From positions 28,413-92,412 of IMG/VR virus record IMGVR_UViG_3300037088_000882: 64,000 nucleotides of DNA; one strand, 5' to 3'. The notes beneath the pieces are model-generated. The model was not told where the DNA came from. It saw nothing but the letters and a program-made list of their open reading frames with translations, and searched no databases. The position numbers were made by a program, and so were the translations under genes. Within the stretch, counting starts at the first letter, position 1. Every line of letters starts with the position of its first letter. Origin of the DNA: a virus. Shown one piece after another: positions 28,093 through 39,772 of the stretch.

Positions 28093-28218
28093 ATGGCTCC
28101 TTTTATACCTTAGCCTATTATACTAATTTTCTGCCATTAGTTATACTTATTTCATAATAATCATTTAATTTTGGTTTGATAATGGATTCCCTTACTTAAA
28201 AACTCACAGAAATAAAAC

Positions 28219-31200
28219 ATGGCTATCTATACACCAAATCCTGAACAACTCGGCCGACGTCGTTTCCCGGATAATAAAGCCTTTAGAAAGCAACTTTCTA
28301 ACCTGGCTGACAATGTCCTGGGGCAAATGCAAGGCCTTCTTGCCAGTAATTACCCCAGTGATCCTAATACTAACCTGGCTGTGTTTTATAAAGTTCTTTC
28401 TCGAGAAGCTGCCCGACTCCAGCTCGGGATAAATGCTATAAATGACGATAAACAGTACACACTGACCCGCCCTCAATTCTTGCAACAGGTCTTAGGGGAA
28501 CGTCTTGGCCTGGGGTCTCGGATAGCTCCAACGAATTATGATGACCAATCTTATAGAAATTATCTTCTCTCAATTAAGAATGCCTACTTGGTAGGCAGCT
28601 TAAAAGATAATATCGAGGCCCTGGCCTCGGAATTTACAGGTCAAACTGTTAATATTCGGGAACTTTACCTTGAAGCTCGAGATCCTCATTCTTCTTTGGA
28701 TGTTGCTACTTCAGCTAATATGATGGTGGTCAATGTTTTAATTGATACCCTAAGGGCTGGAACTGATTTAGCTACTTTATCACAAGATTTAAACTTTTTT
28801 GTTGGTTTAGTTCGTCCTGCTCACGTTTTATACGATACGAGATTCATATGGACTGAACAAATCGATGTGAATAAGGTTCACGATATACTATTTGGAGATA
28901 CTGGCGGTGGCTGTGTTCCTATTTATAATTATGATTATTTTACTGAACCCACTATTAAAGCTCTATTGGTATTCGAACTTCCTGGTCCTGTAGGGGCTTT
29001 AGGTTCAATTGAAGCTATCCATCATGATGATTATGTGTTCTATCTCAATAATTCAACAAGAGTTATATACGAACCAGGATATTCCAGGGCATTTGATGAA
29101 ACGGGCCACGAAATCCCTTTTAACGACCTGGAGATCGGTAAATATGTCCGAATTACTTATCAAGAGATTCCTGGAAGCTTTAATTTCTGGTATCCTCCTA
29201 CAGGTTTAATAACAACTTGGGCTTCTCAGTTTTATAAGAGTGTTTTTCAACGCCCTTTATTTCAAGAAACTGTGAAGAAGGTAATGGACCGCAATGGACG
29301 CTTCCCTCTTCAAATAAAAACAACACCCACTACTGTATGCGATCGGTGGGTTCAGGATGCCTTACAGCCTTATTATGAAGATTTAAGAGGGAATTGTAAC
29401 GTTGGTCGAGTTCAGCCTGCCTTTAATAAATTTATCTTACAAGCTCGAATGGGTTTTCCGAGATTAGATTGGCCTTATGATTCAAGTACTGTTCATGATA
29501 AAGCCCTGTTAGGTAATGATTATATCTCTTTTATGCAGTACAGCCCTCTAACGGATGGATCCAGTCATGCTGCGGGTATAAATGACGTTTCAGTCAAATT
29601 TGATGGTACTTCTTTAAATAATGCTGTTACTTTAGTAGATGCTAGTACTGGCCGTGTAGAGCTTAATCAGACCCTGGCTTTCTGGGATGGTACTTTTAGT
29701 CGATACCCGATGCCTGGGGATGTCTTTGATTTTAATTATCATTATTTAAGTGATAGTACGAATTTTGATGCCTCAACTTCCAAGGTTTATGGAATAACTT
29801 ACTGGCAACTCCCCTATGCTCCTCTTATTAAAGATTCTAGTGGGACCCTTGCTGATACAAGTAGTGTTGATTTATACGTTGATGGAACTCATATTCCTGG
29901 GGCCCTTATATCTCTTGACCCGCTTCTTGGTCATGCAATTATTCAGTCGACACCAAGTTTTTGGAATTCTACATTAGGAAGAATTCCAGTTATAGGCGAT
30001 ACTTTTGAATTTGATTCCACATGGGGAGATCGATTTCAATACCCGGCCTTGTTTGATGATCTTGCAAGGCCAATGGATTATTGGATAGGGAATCCTTATG
30101 TAATAGTTTTAGATGGTACAGGTACGGGGAATATTGTTGATTCGAGTAGTGCTGCCACACATCCAGATCCTGTTCTGATTGGTTATCGATTTAGAACTGA
30201 TTTACTGCATCATGCTTCGGTTCTTAATTCGCCTGACACACTATTGCTTAATCAGTATCAAAAGCCAGCAACTCGTGCTTCCATAGTGAATCAGGAAGCG
30301 GTACTGAATCATTCCAATTATTTCTTCAGTCCTGAGTTCTTATACGATCAAAATCCTGTTACGAAGCCTTTAGGGGATGATTATCTCGATAATGGTTTGG
30401 ATCCTGTTTTAAAACTTAGGGAAGGTACTCCGACTTTTCAGCAGACCTTTTCTTATCAGCCTGGTCTTATTTATCAGAAGAAGTTGCAGGACATAAGGAA
30501 AAATCATCGTTTATTGATGTATGCTGATTTATTGCAGAAAGAATTTAGAGATGATGGTGAGAGCTTACCTCTAAGCAGTATTTGTGAAGATATTCTTACT
30601 TTTAAGACTCGTTTAGGTGAGGATGATTATAACGGTCCTTACGAATGTCAGCCATGGATTCTTTTTGACACTGTAGATGTTTCAACTCAGCCTGTTCAGA
30701 TACCAGGTGATTATAAGGGAGTTCCTAATTTAAGAGTTGCTGATAAGCTTTTACGCCAAAATTTTATCCTTCGAGAAGTTGAACCTTCTGGGACGGCCAC
30801 AGTATCTTATGAAGTAACTAATTCAGATGAGGTGGATCCTCCTACATCTTTTACTTTACCTTCGACTCTTGAAATTTTTTATAATGATGATTACATCGAT
30901 TTTCCATCCTTACCTGTTGTAGATCTCGATGATAATCTGGCAGGTATTGATGATATAACTTGTGTGGCTTATTTAGAAGATAATCCTAGTGTTGCAGTGC
31001 CTGTAACTATAACGTCAATAAATCCGACGGCTGGGATTGTTACAGTTGAATATCCAACAGCTACTACATACAGCGAGATTCATACGGTTACTGCAGAAGA
31101 ATCTGCCGCAAATCAAATAAGGCTTTCAGGGTTTATTTATTCTGATGCTATTGCTGTGAGTATTGTACGTGGTGTATCTCAATATTTGGATGATGATTTT

Positions 31201-31779
31201 AGAATATCTGGACGCAGGTTATTTTGGTATTTTGGAAATCTTCAGAATCGAGTTCTTCCTGGGGATGAATTAAGGATATCTTATACCTATAACCCCTTTG
31301 CAGGGGCAAAACTTGTTTTCACATACCATATCCAAAATGATGTTTCTGTTCCAGTAATAATTCGAGATTGGTCTCGAATTATGGATGATAAATATGTTTT
31401 TGCTGGATTATGCCATGATGTCGAGGCAGTTAAAATAGGCCTGAATATGACCGAGTACTTGCCAGGTCTTGATGATGATAGCGACAGTATAACAATACCA
31501 TTTTTCAATACAAATACTCTTGAAATTGAAAAGCACGAATTTACGGGCCCTGTTTTCGAGACCTATGAGGCCATTGAGGATGAAATTGGAGCACCAGGTA
31601 ATTTTTACAACTCACTTGTTCGGATCAAGAGATTTAGTGGAGATACTCCATTAAACTACTCTTCAACGTACAGTTTTATTAATGATAAATTAGTTCGTTT
31701 CAGGAAAAAAACTTTTAGGGAACTAATGCCAGATCGAACATTTAAAACTACGAAAATTGTTGAAATGCTTCCAGTTTAG
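28219..31779 (+). CDS. putative baseplate wedge/tail structural protein
   Basis: N-terminal region ..DQSYRNYL..VRPAHV resembles P2 gpI/baseplate proteins; acidic beta-rich repeats. Confidence 0.6.
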   Translation: MAIYTPNPEQLGRRRFPDNKAFRKQLSNLADNVLGQMQGLLASNYPSDPNTNLAVFYKVLSREAARLQLGINAINDDKQYTLTRPQFLQQVLGERLGLGSRIAPTNYDDQSYRNYLLSIKNAYLVGSLKDNIEALASEFTGQTVNIRELYLEARDPHSSLDVATSANMMVVNVLIDTLRAGTDLATLSQDLNFFVGLVRPAHVLYDTRFIWTEQIDVNKVHDILFGDTGGGCVPIYNYDYFTEPTIKALLVFELPGPVGALGSIEAIHHDDYVFYLNNSTRVIYEPGYSRAFDETGHEIPFNDLEIGKYVRITYQEIPGSFNFWYPPTGLITTWASQFYKSVFQRPLFQETVKKVMDRNGRFPLQIKTTPTTVCDRWVQDALQPYYEDLRGNCNVGRVQPAFNKFILQARMGFPRLDWPYDSSTVHDKALLGNDYISFMQYSPLTDGSSHAAGINDVSVKFDGTSLNNAVTLVDASTGRVELNQTLAFWDGTFSRYPMPGDVFDFNYHYLSDSTNFDASTSKVYGITYWQLPYAPLIKDSSGTLADTSSVDLYVDGTHIPGALISLDPLLGHAIIQSTPSFWNSTLGRIPVIGDTFEFDSTWGDRFQYPALFDDLARPMDYWIGNPYVIVLDGTGTGNIVDSSSAATHPDPVLIGYRFRTDLLHHASVLNSPDTLLLNQYQKPATRASIVNQEAVLNHSNYFFSPEFLYDQNPVTKPLGDDYLDNGLDPVLKLREGTPTFQQTFSYQPGLIYQKKLQDIRKNHRLLMYADLLQKEFRDDGESLPLSSICEDILTFKTRLGEDDYNGPYECQPWILFDTVDVSTQPVQIPGDYKGVPNLRVADKLLRQNFILREVEPSGTATVSYEVTNSDEVDPPTSFTLPSTLEIFYNDDYIDFPSLPVVDLDDNLAGIDDITCVAYLEDNPSVAVPVTITSINPTAGIVTVEYPTATTYSEIHTVTAEESAANQIRLSGFIYSDAIAVSIVRGVSQYLDDDFRISGRRLFWYFGNLQNRVLPGDELRISYTYNPFAGAKLVFTYHIQNDVSVPVIIRDWSRIMDDKYVFAGLCHDVEAVKIGLNMTEYLPGLDDDSDSITIPFFNTNTLEIEKHEFTGPVFETYEAIEDEIGAPGNFYNSLVRIKRFSGDTPLNYSSTYSFINDKLVRFRKKTFRELMPDRTFKTTKIVEMLPV

Positions 31780-31803
31780 TAGGTGATAATCTTTTAATAC
31801 GTC

Positions 31804-32430
31804 GTGCCTTTTACTGAATGTACCCCTAAAGGAGATTTTAAAATGATTTTTTTAGAGAAGTTGCATAAGGCATTTGAGCACACCTTTGGTGGATTTCTTC
31901 TAAGACAGGAAGAAAACACCAGAACCCTTCGTGGGGAATATCGCATAATATTAAGAGATGCCTCAACTGGTAAGATTCTTGAAGAGAGACGAAACCACAA
32001 TCTTATCGTTAATTCAGCTTCGATATTAATCGCTCGTCTTTTAAAAGACAGTAGTGAACCTTTAGGTGGAATAACTTATTTAGCAGTAGGCACAGGAGCT
32101 TCTGGATGGAATTTACAGAATCCTCCTCAACCTGTCCCTACCCAGACGCAGCTCTTTAACGAGATAGCACGTAAAGCTTTTACGACACAGGATGTGACCT
32201 TTATTGACCCTACAACAGGTGACCCTACTGTGATTCCTACGAACGTTGTAGATTATACATGTACGTTTGCAGAAACGGAAGCTGTGGGGCCTATTGTAGA
32301 AATGGGAATGTTCGGTGGAGACGCTACAGATCTCGCTGATAGCGGGTCCATGGTCAATGACCGGAATTTTCCTGTCATTAATAAAACCAATTCAATGACG
32401 CTCACAATAATATTCAGGATTACAGCCTAA
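31804..32430 (+). CDS. putative baseplate/tail-fibre attachment protein
   Basis: HNLIVN..ITYLAVGTG..L.NEIARK..E.GMFGG..FPVINK pattern. Confidence 0.65.
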   Translation: MPFTECTPKGDFKMIFLEKLHKAFEHTFGGFLLRQEENTRTLRGEYRIILRDASTGKILEERRNHNLIVNSASILIARLLKDSSEPLGGITYLAVGTGASGWNLQNPPQPVPTQTQLFNEIARKAFTTQDVTFIDPTTGDPTVIPTNVVDYTCTFAETEAVGPIVEMGMFGGDATDLADSGSMVNDRNFPVINKTNSMTLTIIFRITA

Positions 32431-33359
32431 TGATACAAGATCTGGGTGTATGTAAAGGACCTGGAAAGGCCCTTTGCGAAATAAGAATTGGTCGGGATAA
32501 AATCAGGCTTGCTAAAGTCGGTCGATTCTTGTATGCTCTTTTAAATAATCGAGCAATTTTAGCCGCAGAATCTAAAAAAGACTTTATTTCAAAGAGTCTT
32601 CCTGTCCTGGCCTTGGCCATAAAAGACATGGCTAAGAAGGCCCAGATGGATACCATTAGATGGAACCCGATTAAACAGACAACGGATATGGTAGATGAAG
32701 CAATAAATTGCATTAAAGACAATATTACTCCGGTTCAAGTATTTATGTTAGAACAGAAGCCAGATGAAATTGAAGATAACCATGAGATCGAAGCAAGTGA
32801 ACGCCTTAGTTTAGTCCAGAGGCTTGAAAATTATAGGAAAGATATGGATGACTTTGGGACAAACCTTGCTGGAATTAGGCAGACTTCTGGAGTTTTATTA
32901 AAGACAAGTCTTACTCCTAAGATGTGGGGGAGTAAGGAAGTGATGAAAGTTATCAATGAGATGCATTCGGAAAAAGAGGATATAGATAGTGGATTTGAGC
33001 TTGTAGAGGCTTGTATGGAGCATTCAAATGGGCATATTGATTTAATTCGAGCTTCTTTAAATAAAAAGACTGCTTCTAATAATTTAATGCCTTTTGTAGG
33101 AAAAGTTATTGAGAGTTTCTCAACAACAAAATCCTTTATGTCTAAACTTGCTCAATCACTTCAAAGTCTTCATACAATCGATCGAGTATTTAAGGCTCAT
33201 ACGGGTTATCCAGCTACTTGGTTTTTTGACCCAACAACATATATGGATTTTAATTTTGAGTATGGAAATTTGATAAGTAATTTGATAAAAACTGCATCAA
33301 TTGAGTCCGAGATTGTTGAGCCCTTACTACTATGGAAAATCAAAACGGGAGCATGTTAA
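32430..33359 (+). CDS. hypothetical protein in structural operon
   Basis: ORF track, coupled to neighbours. Confidence 0.6.
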   Translation: MIQDLGVCKGPGKALCEIRIGRDKIRLAKVGRFLYALLNNRAILAAESKKDFISKSLPVLALAIKDMAKKAQMDTIRWNPIKQTTDMVDEAINCIKDNITPVQVFMLEQKPDEIEDNHEIEASERLSLVQRLENYRKDMDDFGTNLAGIRQTSGVLLKTSLTPKMWGSKEVMKVINEMHSEKEDIDSGFELVEACMEHSNGHIDLIRASLNKKTASNNLMPFVGKVIESFSTTKSFMSKLAQSLQSLHTIDRVFKAHTGYPATWFFDPTTYMDFNFEYGNLISNLIKTASIESEIVEPLLLWKIKTGAC

Positions 33360-36300
33360 ATGTCTGATTATTTAGGCCTGAACCAAACCAGAGTATTAGA
33401 TTCATCCAATCGTAGTTTTGAAGCAGTTGTTTATCAGAGGAAAAAACCGCCTCTATCCTGTGAAGTTAATTTCATGGGAAATCTCGAATCTGCTCATCTG
33501 CGGGATGTTGCTGAATTGGTGGGCCCAAGTGGTTGGGTCTCGGTTGGAAATATTAAAGACAATGTCTCAGAGATCTCTGCTCGTTGTGGTGATGTTATAA
33601 CTTCTCCTACTTACGGTGCTAATACTTTTAAACTCATGGCTACAGATAAAGGCCTCGTAACAGGGGAATTGGTTGCCTGGGTTAATGGAATGAAAGTTGT
33701 TGTTCAGGGTACAAATTCCCCTGACGAAAATAACGTAATCACATTACCTGCTCCTCCTTCTTTAAGTAATCGAGTTGATTTTGTGTTTCTGGAAGTATGG
33801 AGAAAATTGGTAACTCCTTCTGATGTTATTTATACCCATGGTAATGTCCTTTACGGTAGTGCAAACTATTTGAATGATCTTATTGATCCTGCTGCAAGTG
33901 TCGAAACAACTTTAAGAATTCAAGTTCAATATAGAATCAGAGTAGCTTCGGTAGATATCGATTCTTATCCTGAAGGCTTTGATCCTAATCAAGTGTATGC
34001 TCAAGGTCCTCTGGCAAATCCTTTGACTTGTACAGGTGCTGCTTTTGTTCAGATGCCAGATGATCCAGGATTATGGAGAGCAGGACTTGGGGATTCAGCT
34101 GCACAACAAAGTTTGCAAACAGTTGATGGGTATACTTATGGTATTCCAATGTTTGCTATTTGCCGTAGGAATACTAGTCAGTTTAATCCTAATACACATA
34201 CAAATGGTGCTGGATATGATCTGACTCATTATTTGAATGGCTGGACTTCCGATCGTCCCGATAATCTTTTCAGTGACTGGGTAGTTACTGATGATATCAT
34301 GGATATGAGACATACGATTAAAGCTGATAATTTAAGAGATAAATGTAATGAAGCTTTTCAAAAACTGATCAGTGGCAAACTCCGTGGAAAGATGCAAAAA
34401 AACACTTTAGGGGAAGATCGTTTTGAAAATGTTGCAGTGCAAATTGATGGCATAAGTTCAGCTGATCCTGGATGGTTTAATCGTATTACGGTAGGAGATG
34501 GCATTCGAAGAACATTTTCAAATGCTGCTCTTACTCAAGAGCATGCTCTTATAGAAGTTCCTGCCTCAGGAACTTGGAATTCTTTAAGTACTATAGGTCT
34601 TGCAGCTGTATTTAATTACCCTATTGGAACTACTATTTATAATGTGGCTTCTGTATGGGCCCAGGTAGATCCTGTAACTCTCATACCTCTTACTTTAGGG
34701 GTTGATTATAATGTTACCTATAACGGATCAACGGCTGTAATCGATTTTAATCTTGGAAGTTCCTTTATTTTTGGTACCTCTTATACGCTCACAGTGGATT
34801 ATACTATTCAATATCCTGCTGTGACCAATATAAGCGGTTATCCAAAAGATAGTGGTTTATATTACTTGCCTTATAAGTTTCTCGAATCTCGTATGGGAAG
34901 TGATTCTACCGTTGCTTTCCCGTTATCTGTAGGTTCAAGTGTAAATCTCCATGGTATATCTCCTGTGATTTCTTCTGATGGGACTTTTTCCAGTTCTGTT
35001 TTTAATAAAGGGGCTAATTCAACAGAGCCTTACGATTTTGGCATTCAAATGACGTATAGTTTATTAGGAAGTCCTTCAAATACTATCGTTATTCCTCGCA
35101 ATATATGGGGTTATGAGATCTTAGGTGTTGTAAGTATCTACATTCCTAGTACACTTTCTTATCGACCTATTGTTACGGTAGCCAGAAATGCTACTTCTTA
35201 CAATATTGTTTATAGCGGTACGGTAGCTACAAGTAATCAAACAATTCAATTAGTCCTATATGTAGGTGCTTCGAATTTAAATCCAAGTGTCCCAAGTAAG
35301 TTTTTTCAGACAAATAAACAAGGTAAAGCAATAGTTGATACATTCCAGATGAAGGAATTAGTTCCAACTCAGGCAGCTACTGGACAAACGACCTTTTATG
35401 TGGATGCTCATACCAGTGTTATTCAGGGTATTGCAAGCATAAGGAATCAGAGTGGGTATGGTATTGCTTATATTGACGGTACGATGACAACAACCCTTAC
35501 TAATAACGCCTTTTTACCTACAGATAATACATGTTCGAGAGCCACTATAACTTTTTCAGTTCCTCCTCCTAACGGATCTCTTATTGAGGTTCCAGCTTTA
35601 ATGAAAAGTCCTTTGGAAGTTACGGATAATTATCAGTTTTATTATCAAACAATTCCTTATCAAGGACTTTTGGATACTACGACTTCTGGGATAATAGAGG
35701 CTGAAGGACCTACAACTATAACTACTGCTGGATCTGGGCATATAACTGATTATCAACTTTCTCAGGTGACAGCTACTTTTTCAGGAATTTTGACAGATAA
35801 TTCTTCTACAGTAACGGGCTCTGGAACTGATTGGCTATCTACTGTAAAACCTGGTTATTTGATTAATCCTAGTGCTCATCCAGGTCAGTTTTATACAATT
35901 ACTGAAATTCTCGATAGTACAACGTTAATTATTAACGGTAGTGCGGGGACATTCTTAGACTATTATTCTACTATTATTGCTTTAGATAGACCGAGCTTTA
36001 ATACTGCCAATGTAATCGACCGTTTACCTACTTTAGATGTCGATCGTGACTCCAGTGGTTTTAGTGAAAGTATTTCAAATAATCCTTCTATATCAGATGA
36101 ATATTTTCCTGTGCTAAATACCCACATAATGGGAAGGGTCCAGGATATTATAGATGTTCCTCCAAATGGAGTTGAAATAGGGCCTAGGATCGCAGGTCGA
36201 GGCAGATCAACAGTACATATCACAGATTCTGACGATTTGCTTGGATTAGGGAATCTCGGGCTTAATTTAGGAACAGTTTACTCAGTTTATTCACTTAATT

Positions 36301-36491
36301 ATCAAAAAGGATATCAGGCATATATCTTAAATAAAGAAGATACTGGTAAACTTTATCTAATGGTAGTAGGTAGTGAGACAAATAATAGCGGTTATACTCC
36401 AGTTTCAAGGCTTAGCCCATTTTCAAATAATGATACAGTCGATATTTTCCAGATTCCTGGTCGACCTCTTATGAATGGGAAATCTGTGTAA
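33360..36491 (+). CDS. putative virion structural (baseplate/tail) protein
   Basis: RVDFVFLEVW and RIQVQYRIRV motifs; Thr/Ser beta-rich; operon context. Confidence 0.6.
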   Translation: MSDYLGLNQTRVLDSSNRSFEAVVYQRKKPPLSCEVNFMGNLESAHLRDVAELVGPSGWVSVGNIKDNVSEISARCGDVITSPTYGANTFKLMATDKGLVTGELVAWVNGMKVVVQGTNSPDENNVITLPAPPSLSNRVDFVFLEVWRKLVTPSDVIYTHGNVLYGSANYLNDLIDPAASVETTLRIQVQYRIRVASVDIDSYPEGFDPNQVYAQGPLANPLTCTGAAFVQMPDDPGLWRAGLGDSAAQQSLQTVDGYTYGIPMFAICRRNTSQFNPNTHTNGAGYDLTHYLNGWTSDRPDNLFSDWVVTDDIMDMRHTIKADNLRDKCNEAFQKLISGKLRGKMQKNTLGEDRFENVAVQIDGISSADPGWFNRITVGDGIRRTFSNAALTQEHALIEVPASGTWNSLSTIGLAAVFNYPIGTTIYNVASVWAQVDPVTLIPLTLGVDYNVTYNGSTAVIDFNLGSSFIFGTSYTLTVDYTIQYPAVTNISGYPKDSGLYYLPYKFLESRMGSDSTVAFPLSVGSSVNLHGISPVISSDGTFSSSVFNKGANSTEPYDFGIQMTYSLLGSPSNTIVIPRNIWGYEILGVVSIYIPSTLSYRPIVTVARNATSYNIVYSGTVATSNQTIQLVLYVGASNLNPSVPSKFFQTNKQGKAIVDTFQMKELVPTQAATGQTTFYVDAHTSVIQGIASIRNQSGYGIAYIDGTMTTTLTNNAFLPTDNTCSRATITFSVPPPNGSLIEVPALMKSPLEVTDNYQFYYQTIPYQGLLDTTTSGIIEAEGPTTITTAGSGHITDYQLSQVTATFSGILTDNSSTVTGSGTDWLSTVKPGYLINPSAHPGQFYTITEILDSTTLIINGSAGTFLDYYSTIIALDRPSFNTANVIDRLPTLDVDRDSSGFSESISNNPSISDEYFPVLNTHIMGRVQDIIDVPPNGVEIGPRIAGRGRSTVHITDSDDLLGLGNLGLNLGTVYSVYSLNYQKGYQAYILNKEDTGKLYLMVVGSETNNSGYTPVSRLSPFSNNDTVDIFQIPGRPLMNGKSV

Positions 36492-37309
36492 TGGAAAGTT
36501 TGAGTGGTTACTTGAAAAATATAGCTAAAGAGCAAAAGAAATACATTGTCCATCAAATTCGGATATTTTTTGATGCTCCTCCGAAACAATTGGCCAATAA
36601 GGTATTGGATGATAAAGGTCAGAATTTTCAATGGCTGTATTACACGATAACTTTCTCGGATGATAAGAAAGAAAAATGGTACATTTATAAGACTCCACTC
36701 GAACCCTGGGGAGTTACTCAGACTGGTGGTCAACAAGTTTTTGTTTCTGATCCTGAAGGTAATATTGCAAAGAATGAGACTCCAGATATAACAGAAGAGG
36801 AAGTAAAAAGTAATCCTGTTTTTGAGAAGTTTTTAAGAGGCCCAAATCTTAATCCCAAACTTCCTTCTGAAACCATGCTTGAATATGTTCAGTTTTATAA
36901 TAAGCATGAAATAGCAAGATTCACTTCAACTTTATTTACCCAAAAAATTGAAAATGCTAAAGACGAAAATAATAAGCCCTTTTATATGATGGTGACGAAA
37001 AAAGGTCTGTACACCCCACTTGGTCAGGGACCTTTTGGAAATAAAGGGACTCCAGGTCATTTTAAAGCCGCTGTGCGATTAGCTGCTGGGGATAAAGGTC
37101 CTGGTTTTGATATAATGAAGCGTTTAGTTCAAAAGCAACGTACTGTTAAGACTCCTTCTCATCCCAAGGAATATGAAACAGGTGGATTTAGTATTCTACA
37201 GGATTGGGAACGTAAGAAACAAAAGCACTCTCCTACGAAAACAGATGTTAACGATGGCTTCGATACAATGAAAAAGCTCGTTAAACATCCTGTAAAAATA
37301 AAGAAATAG
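36491..37309 (+). CDS. hypothetical protein
   Basis: C-terminal GFDxMKxLV repeat. Confidence 0.55.
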   Translation: MESLSGYLKNIAKEQKKYIVHQIRIFFDAPPKQLANKVLDDKGQNFQWLYYTITFSDDKKEKWYIYKTPLEPWGVTQTGGQQVFVSDPEGNIAKNETPDITEEEVKSNPVFEKFLRGPNLNPKLPSETMLEYVQFYNKHEIARFTSTLFTQKIENAKDENNKPFYMMVTKKGLYTPLGQGPFGNKGTPGHFKAAVRLAAGDKGPGFDIMKRLVQKQRTVKTPSHPKEYETGGFSILQDWERKKQKHSPTKTDVNDGFDTMKKLVKHPVKIKK

Positions 37310-37383
37310 CTATCTATTTCTTTTAATTCCAGTCATATATAAAATATTTCTTTAATTACCCTCATTTAGGCGGTATTATTGCT

Positions 37384-39072
37384 ATGGCACAAACCTTTAT
37401 TGGCGTTCCTTCCTGTTATCCTCAGCTCGTAAATTTGAGGCAATCTAAAACTGCATCCTTTAAGGGTAATAAATACCTTAAGGAAACGACCAAATTACGC
37501 TATTATCAGGTTATAGGTTCTCTCCATATGATGATGTTGGAGAGAATGGTTTTAGGCGACGGCACAGGCCTTGGAAAGACCATTCAATCAATAGCAGCTT
37601 ACACCTGGCTTCTTGATAGCGATCCTACCCTTAAGATGCTTATAGTGACTCCGAAATCGGCTATGCATCAATGGGCTGAAGAATTTGATAAATTCACTCA
37701 AGGTATAACTGTAAGAGTGATAACAGCAGAGTATAAGCCTGAAGGGAGCAAAAAATTAGAAGGTTTTGAAGCTCGTCAGGTACAGTATAAGGAATTCAAA
37801 GAAAATGTTTTAGTGATTAATTATGATCCGCTTGTGAATGAGTATGAATTTGTTAAAAGTCTTTTAGTTCCTAATTACATGGTAATCCTCGATGAGGTTA
37901 CTGCAGTTAAGAATAGGAAAGCTCAAAGATCTTTTGCATGTAAACTTCTTACTGAGACAGCTAAACGGGTATATGGCCTCTCGGCAACTATTATCAAGAA
38001 TGGCCTTGAAGAGGTCTTTGGCATTTATGATGTAGTGGTCCCGGGGCTCTTCGGAAATGTGACTAAGTTTCGGAAGGATTACTGTGTTCAGGAATTAATG
38101 AAACTTAGAATTAATGGGAAAGAGCGTAGAATTCCCAAGACCGTTGGATATAAAAACCTTGCCAATTTTAAGCAAGTACTCGATCCATATCTTTTAGTGC
38201 GTAAAAAAGAGGCTGTTGCTTCCGAGTTACCTAAGCTTATTTCCCGTAAAGTCATACTCGATATGTTGCCTGAACAAAAAGAACTTTACAGACAGGCCCT
38301 ATCGGGGATTCTTTATGAGGAAAAAGTTAAACAGGAGTATTTTGAAATAACTGATGCCATTCGTAATGGTCAAACTGATGACAAGACCCAGAAGCGGTTC
38401 TTGGAGTTGAAGGAAAAGTATGACCAGTTTATGACTACTGAGGGTAAGAAGAAGGGCAAACTGGCAGCTCTTACTTACTGTCAGATGATAAGTAATGGCC
38501 CTCAATTATTGAATATTAAATCTGAATCGAGTAAAGAACTCGAATTTGAACGGTTGATGAAGGAAGAACTGGCCAATGAAAAGGTAATACTTTTTACTCG
38601 CTTTAAAAGTGGTATTCCTTATTTGGAAGTTATTTGTGAAAGAAACCACATTCAGTATGCGAAGATTACTGGAGATGTGACCTCGGGCGATCGATTAAAA
38701 GCCCAGCATCTATTTCAAGACACTGCATGCCCCTTGATTTTCATTACCACGGCTGGTTCAGCTGCTTTAAATCTACAATCTGCAAGTGTGATTATTCTCT
38801 ATGATACTCCATGGTCTTATGGGGACTTGGTACAGACTTTAGGTAGGGCCCAGCGAATTGGGAGTCTACAAGATCATATTCTTGTTATACATTTCATAAA
38901 TAAAGGTACTATAGATGTCCGAGTTATGAGTAAGGTTTCGAGTAAGAAAAATTTAAGTGATGAAGTCCTTGGGGATACAGCCGTAGGGGCCTTAGATTTT
39001 ACCCATAATGACGAGAAATTGGTTGATTTGTTGTACAGTGATATTTTGGAAGATGCGGAGGCTTTGAAATGA
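37384..39072 (+). CDS. SNF2-family helicase
   Basis: GDGTGLGKT, LDE, SAT, LNLQ and QTLGRAQRIG motifs. Confidence 0.9.
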   Translation: MAQTFIGVPSCYPQLVNLRQSKTASFKGNKYLKETTKLRYYQVIGSLHMMMLERMVLGDGTGLGKTIQSIAAYTWLLDSDPTLKMLIVTPKSAMHQWAEEFDKFTQGITVRVITAEYKPEGSKKLEGFEARQVQYKEFKENVLVINYDPLVNEYEFVKSLLVPNYMVILDEVTAVKNRKAQRSFACKLLTETAKRVYGLSATIIKNGLEEVFGIYDVVVPGLFGNVTKFRKDYCVQELMKLRINGKERRIPKTVGYKNLANFKQVLDPYLLVRKKEAVASELPKLISRKVILDMLPEQKELYRQALSGILYEEKVKQEYFEITDAIRNGQTDDKTQKRFLELKEKYDQFMTTEGKKKGKLAALTYCQMISNGPQLLNIKSESSKELEFERLMKEELANEKVILFTRFKSGIPYLEVICERNHIQYAKITGDVTSGDRLKAQHLFQDTACPLIFITTAGSAALNLQSASVIILYDTPWSYGDLVQTLGRAQRIGSLQDHILVIHFINKGTIDVRVMSKVSSKKNLSDEVLGDTAVGALDFTHNDEKLVDLLYSDILEDAEALK

Positions 39073-39770
39073 TGTCTGAGAGACCTTGCCCCTATTGTAA
39101 AAATGAACGTAAGGCAGTTGTGGTTGTTCCACATCCTTACATAGATAATAAATTTAAGACTGCGATTAGATGGTGTATCTGTATGTTGGCTCAATTTGTT
39201 TCCGAATCTACTGAGAATACTATCCTTTCTTCTTTTGAAGGGGATATAATTCCTTTAGATAAAATAAATTCTAATTTAGAATTTATTCCCGATGAATTGT
39301 TTAAAAGCCCTAATTTACTTATCAGAGGTGATTACGATACTTTCTGCAATCATTTAAGAAGTACCCTTATTAAATACCGTTATAAGGATCCACCGAGTTC
39401 TATTTATTGCTGTGAGGCTATAAACGTCCTCCAGAGATTTTATGTGGAGCAAAATGATAAGTCCTGCATGACTCTTTCTGAGACAGAGAAATACGATCTT
39501 ATGGTTATTTGTCTTGGAAATAAGCAAAAGAATGATCAGTTGAAAACTTGTATTGCTGAAGTAGTTTACATGAGGAAGAAAAAGAAAAAGCCTACATGGG
39601 TATATATGCCTCATCCAAGTCTGGAGCAATGTGTGTGGGAAAAGTCTCCTGAACTTGAGGAGTATTTAAAAGAGTATAAAGCAATAAATATTGCTGCAGA
39701 TGGAATTGCAGTTGATCGAACATCAAAAACAAATAGCAAGCTTTCTAATTTTAATATTGGTGGACGATAA
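39069..39770 (+). CDS. putative helicase loader (degenerate DnaC/IstB-like)
   Basis: CxxC...CxC N-terminus, located directly before dnaB. Confidence 0.4.
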   Translation: MMSERPCPYCKNERKAVVVVPHPYIDNKFKTAIRWCICMLAQFVSESTENTILSSFEGDIIPLDKINSNLEFIPDELFKSPNLLIRGDYDTFCNHLRSTLIKYRYKDPPSSIYCCEAINVLQRFYVEQNDKSCMTLSETEKYDLMVICLGNKQKNDQLKTCIAEVVYMRKKKKKPTWVYMPHPSLEQCVWEKSPELEEYLKEYKAINIAADGIAVDRTSKTNSKLSNFNIGGR

Positions 39771-39772
39771 CC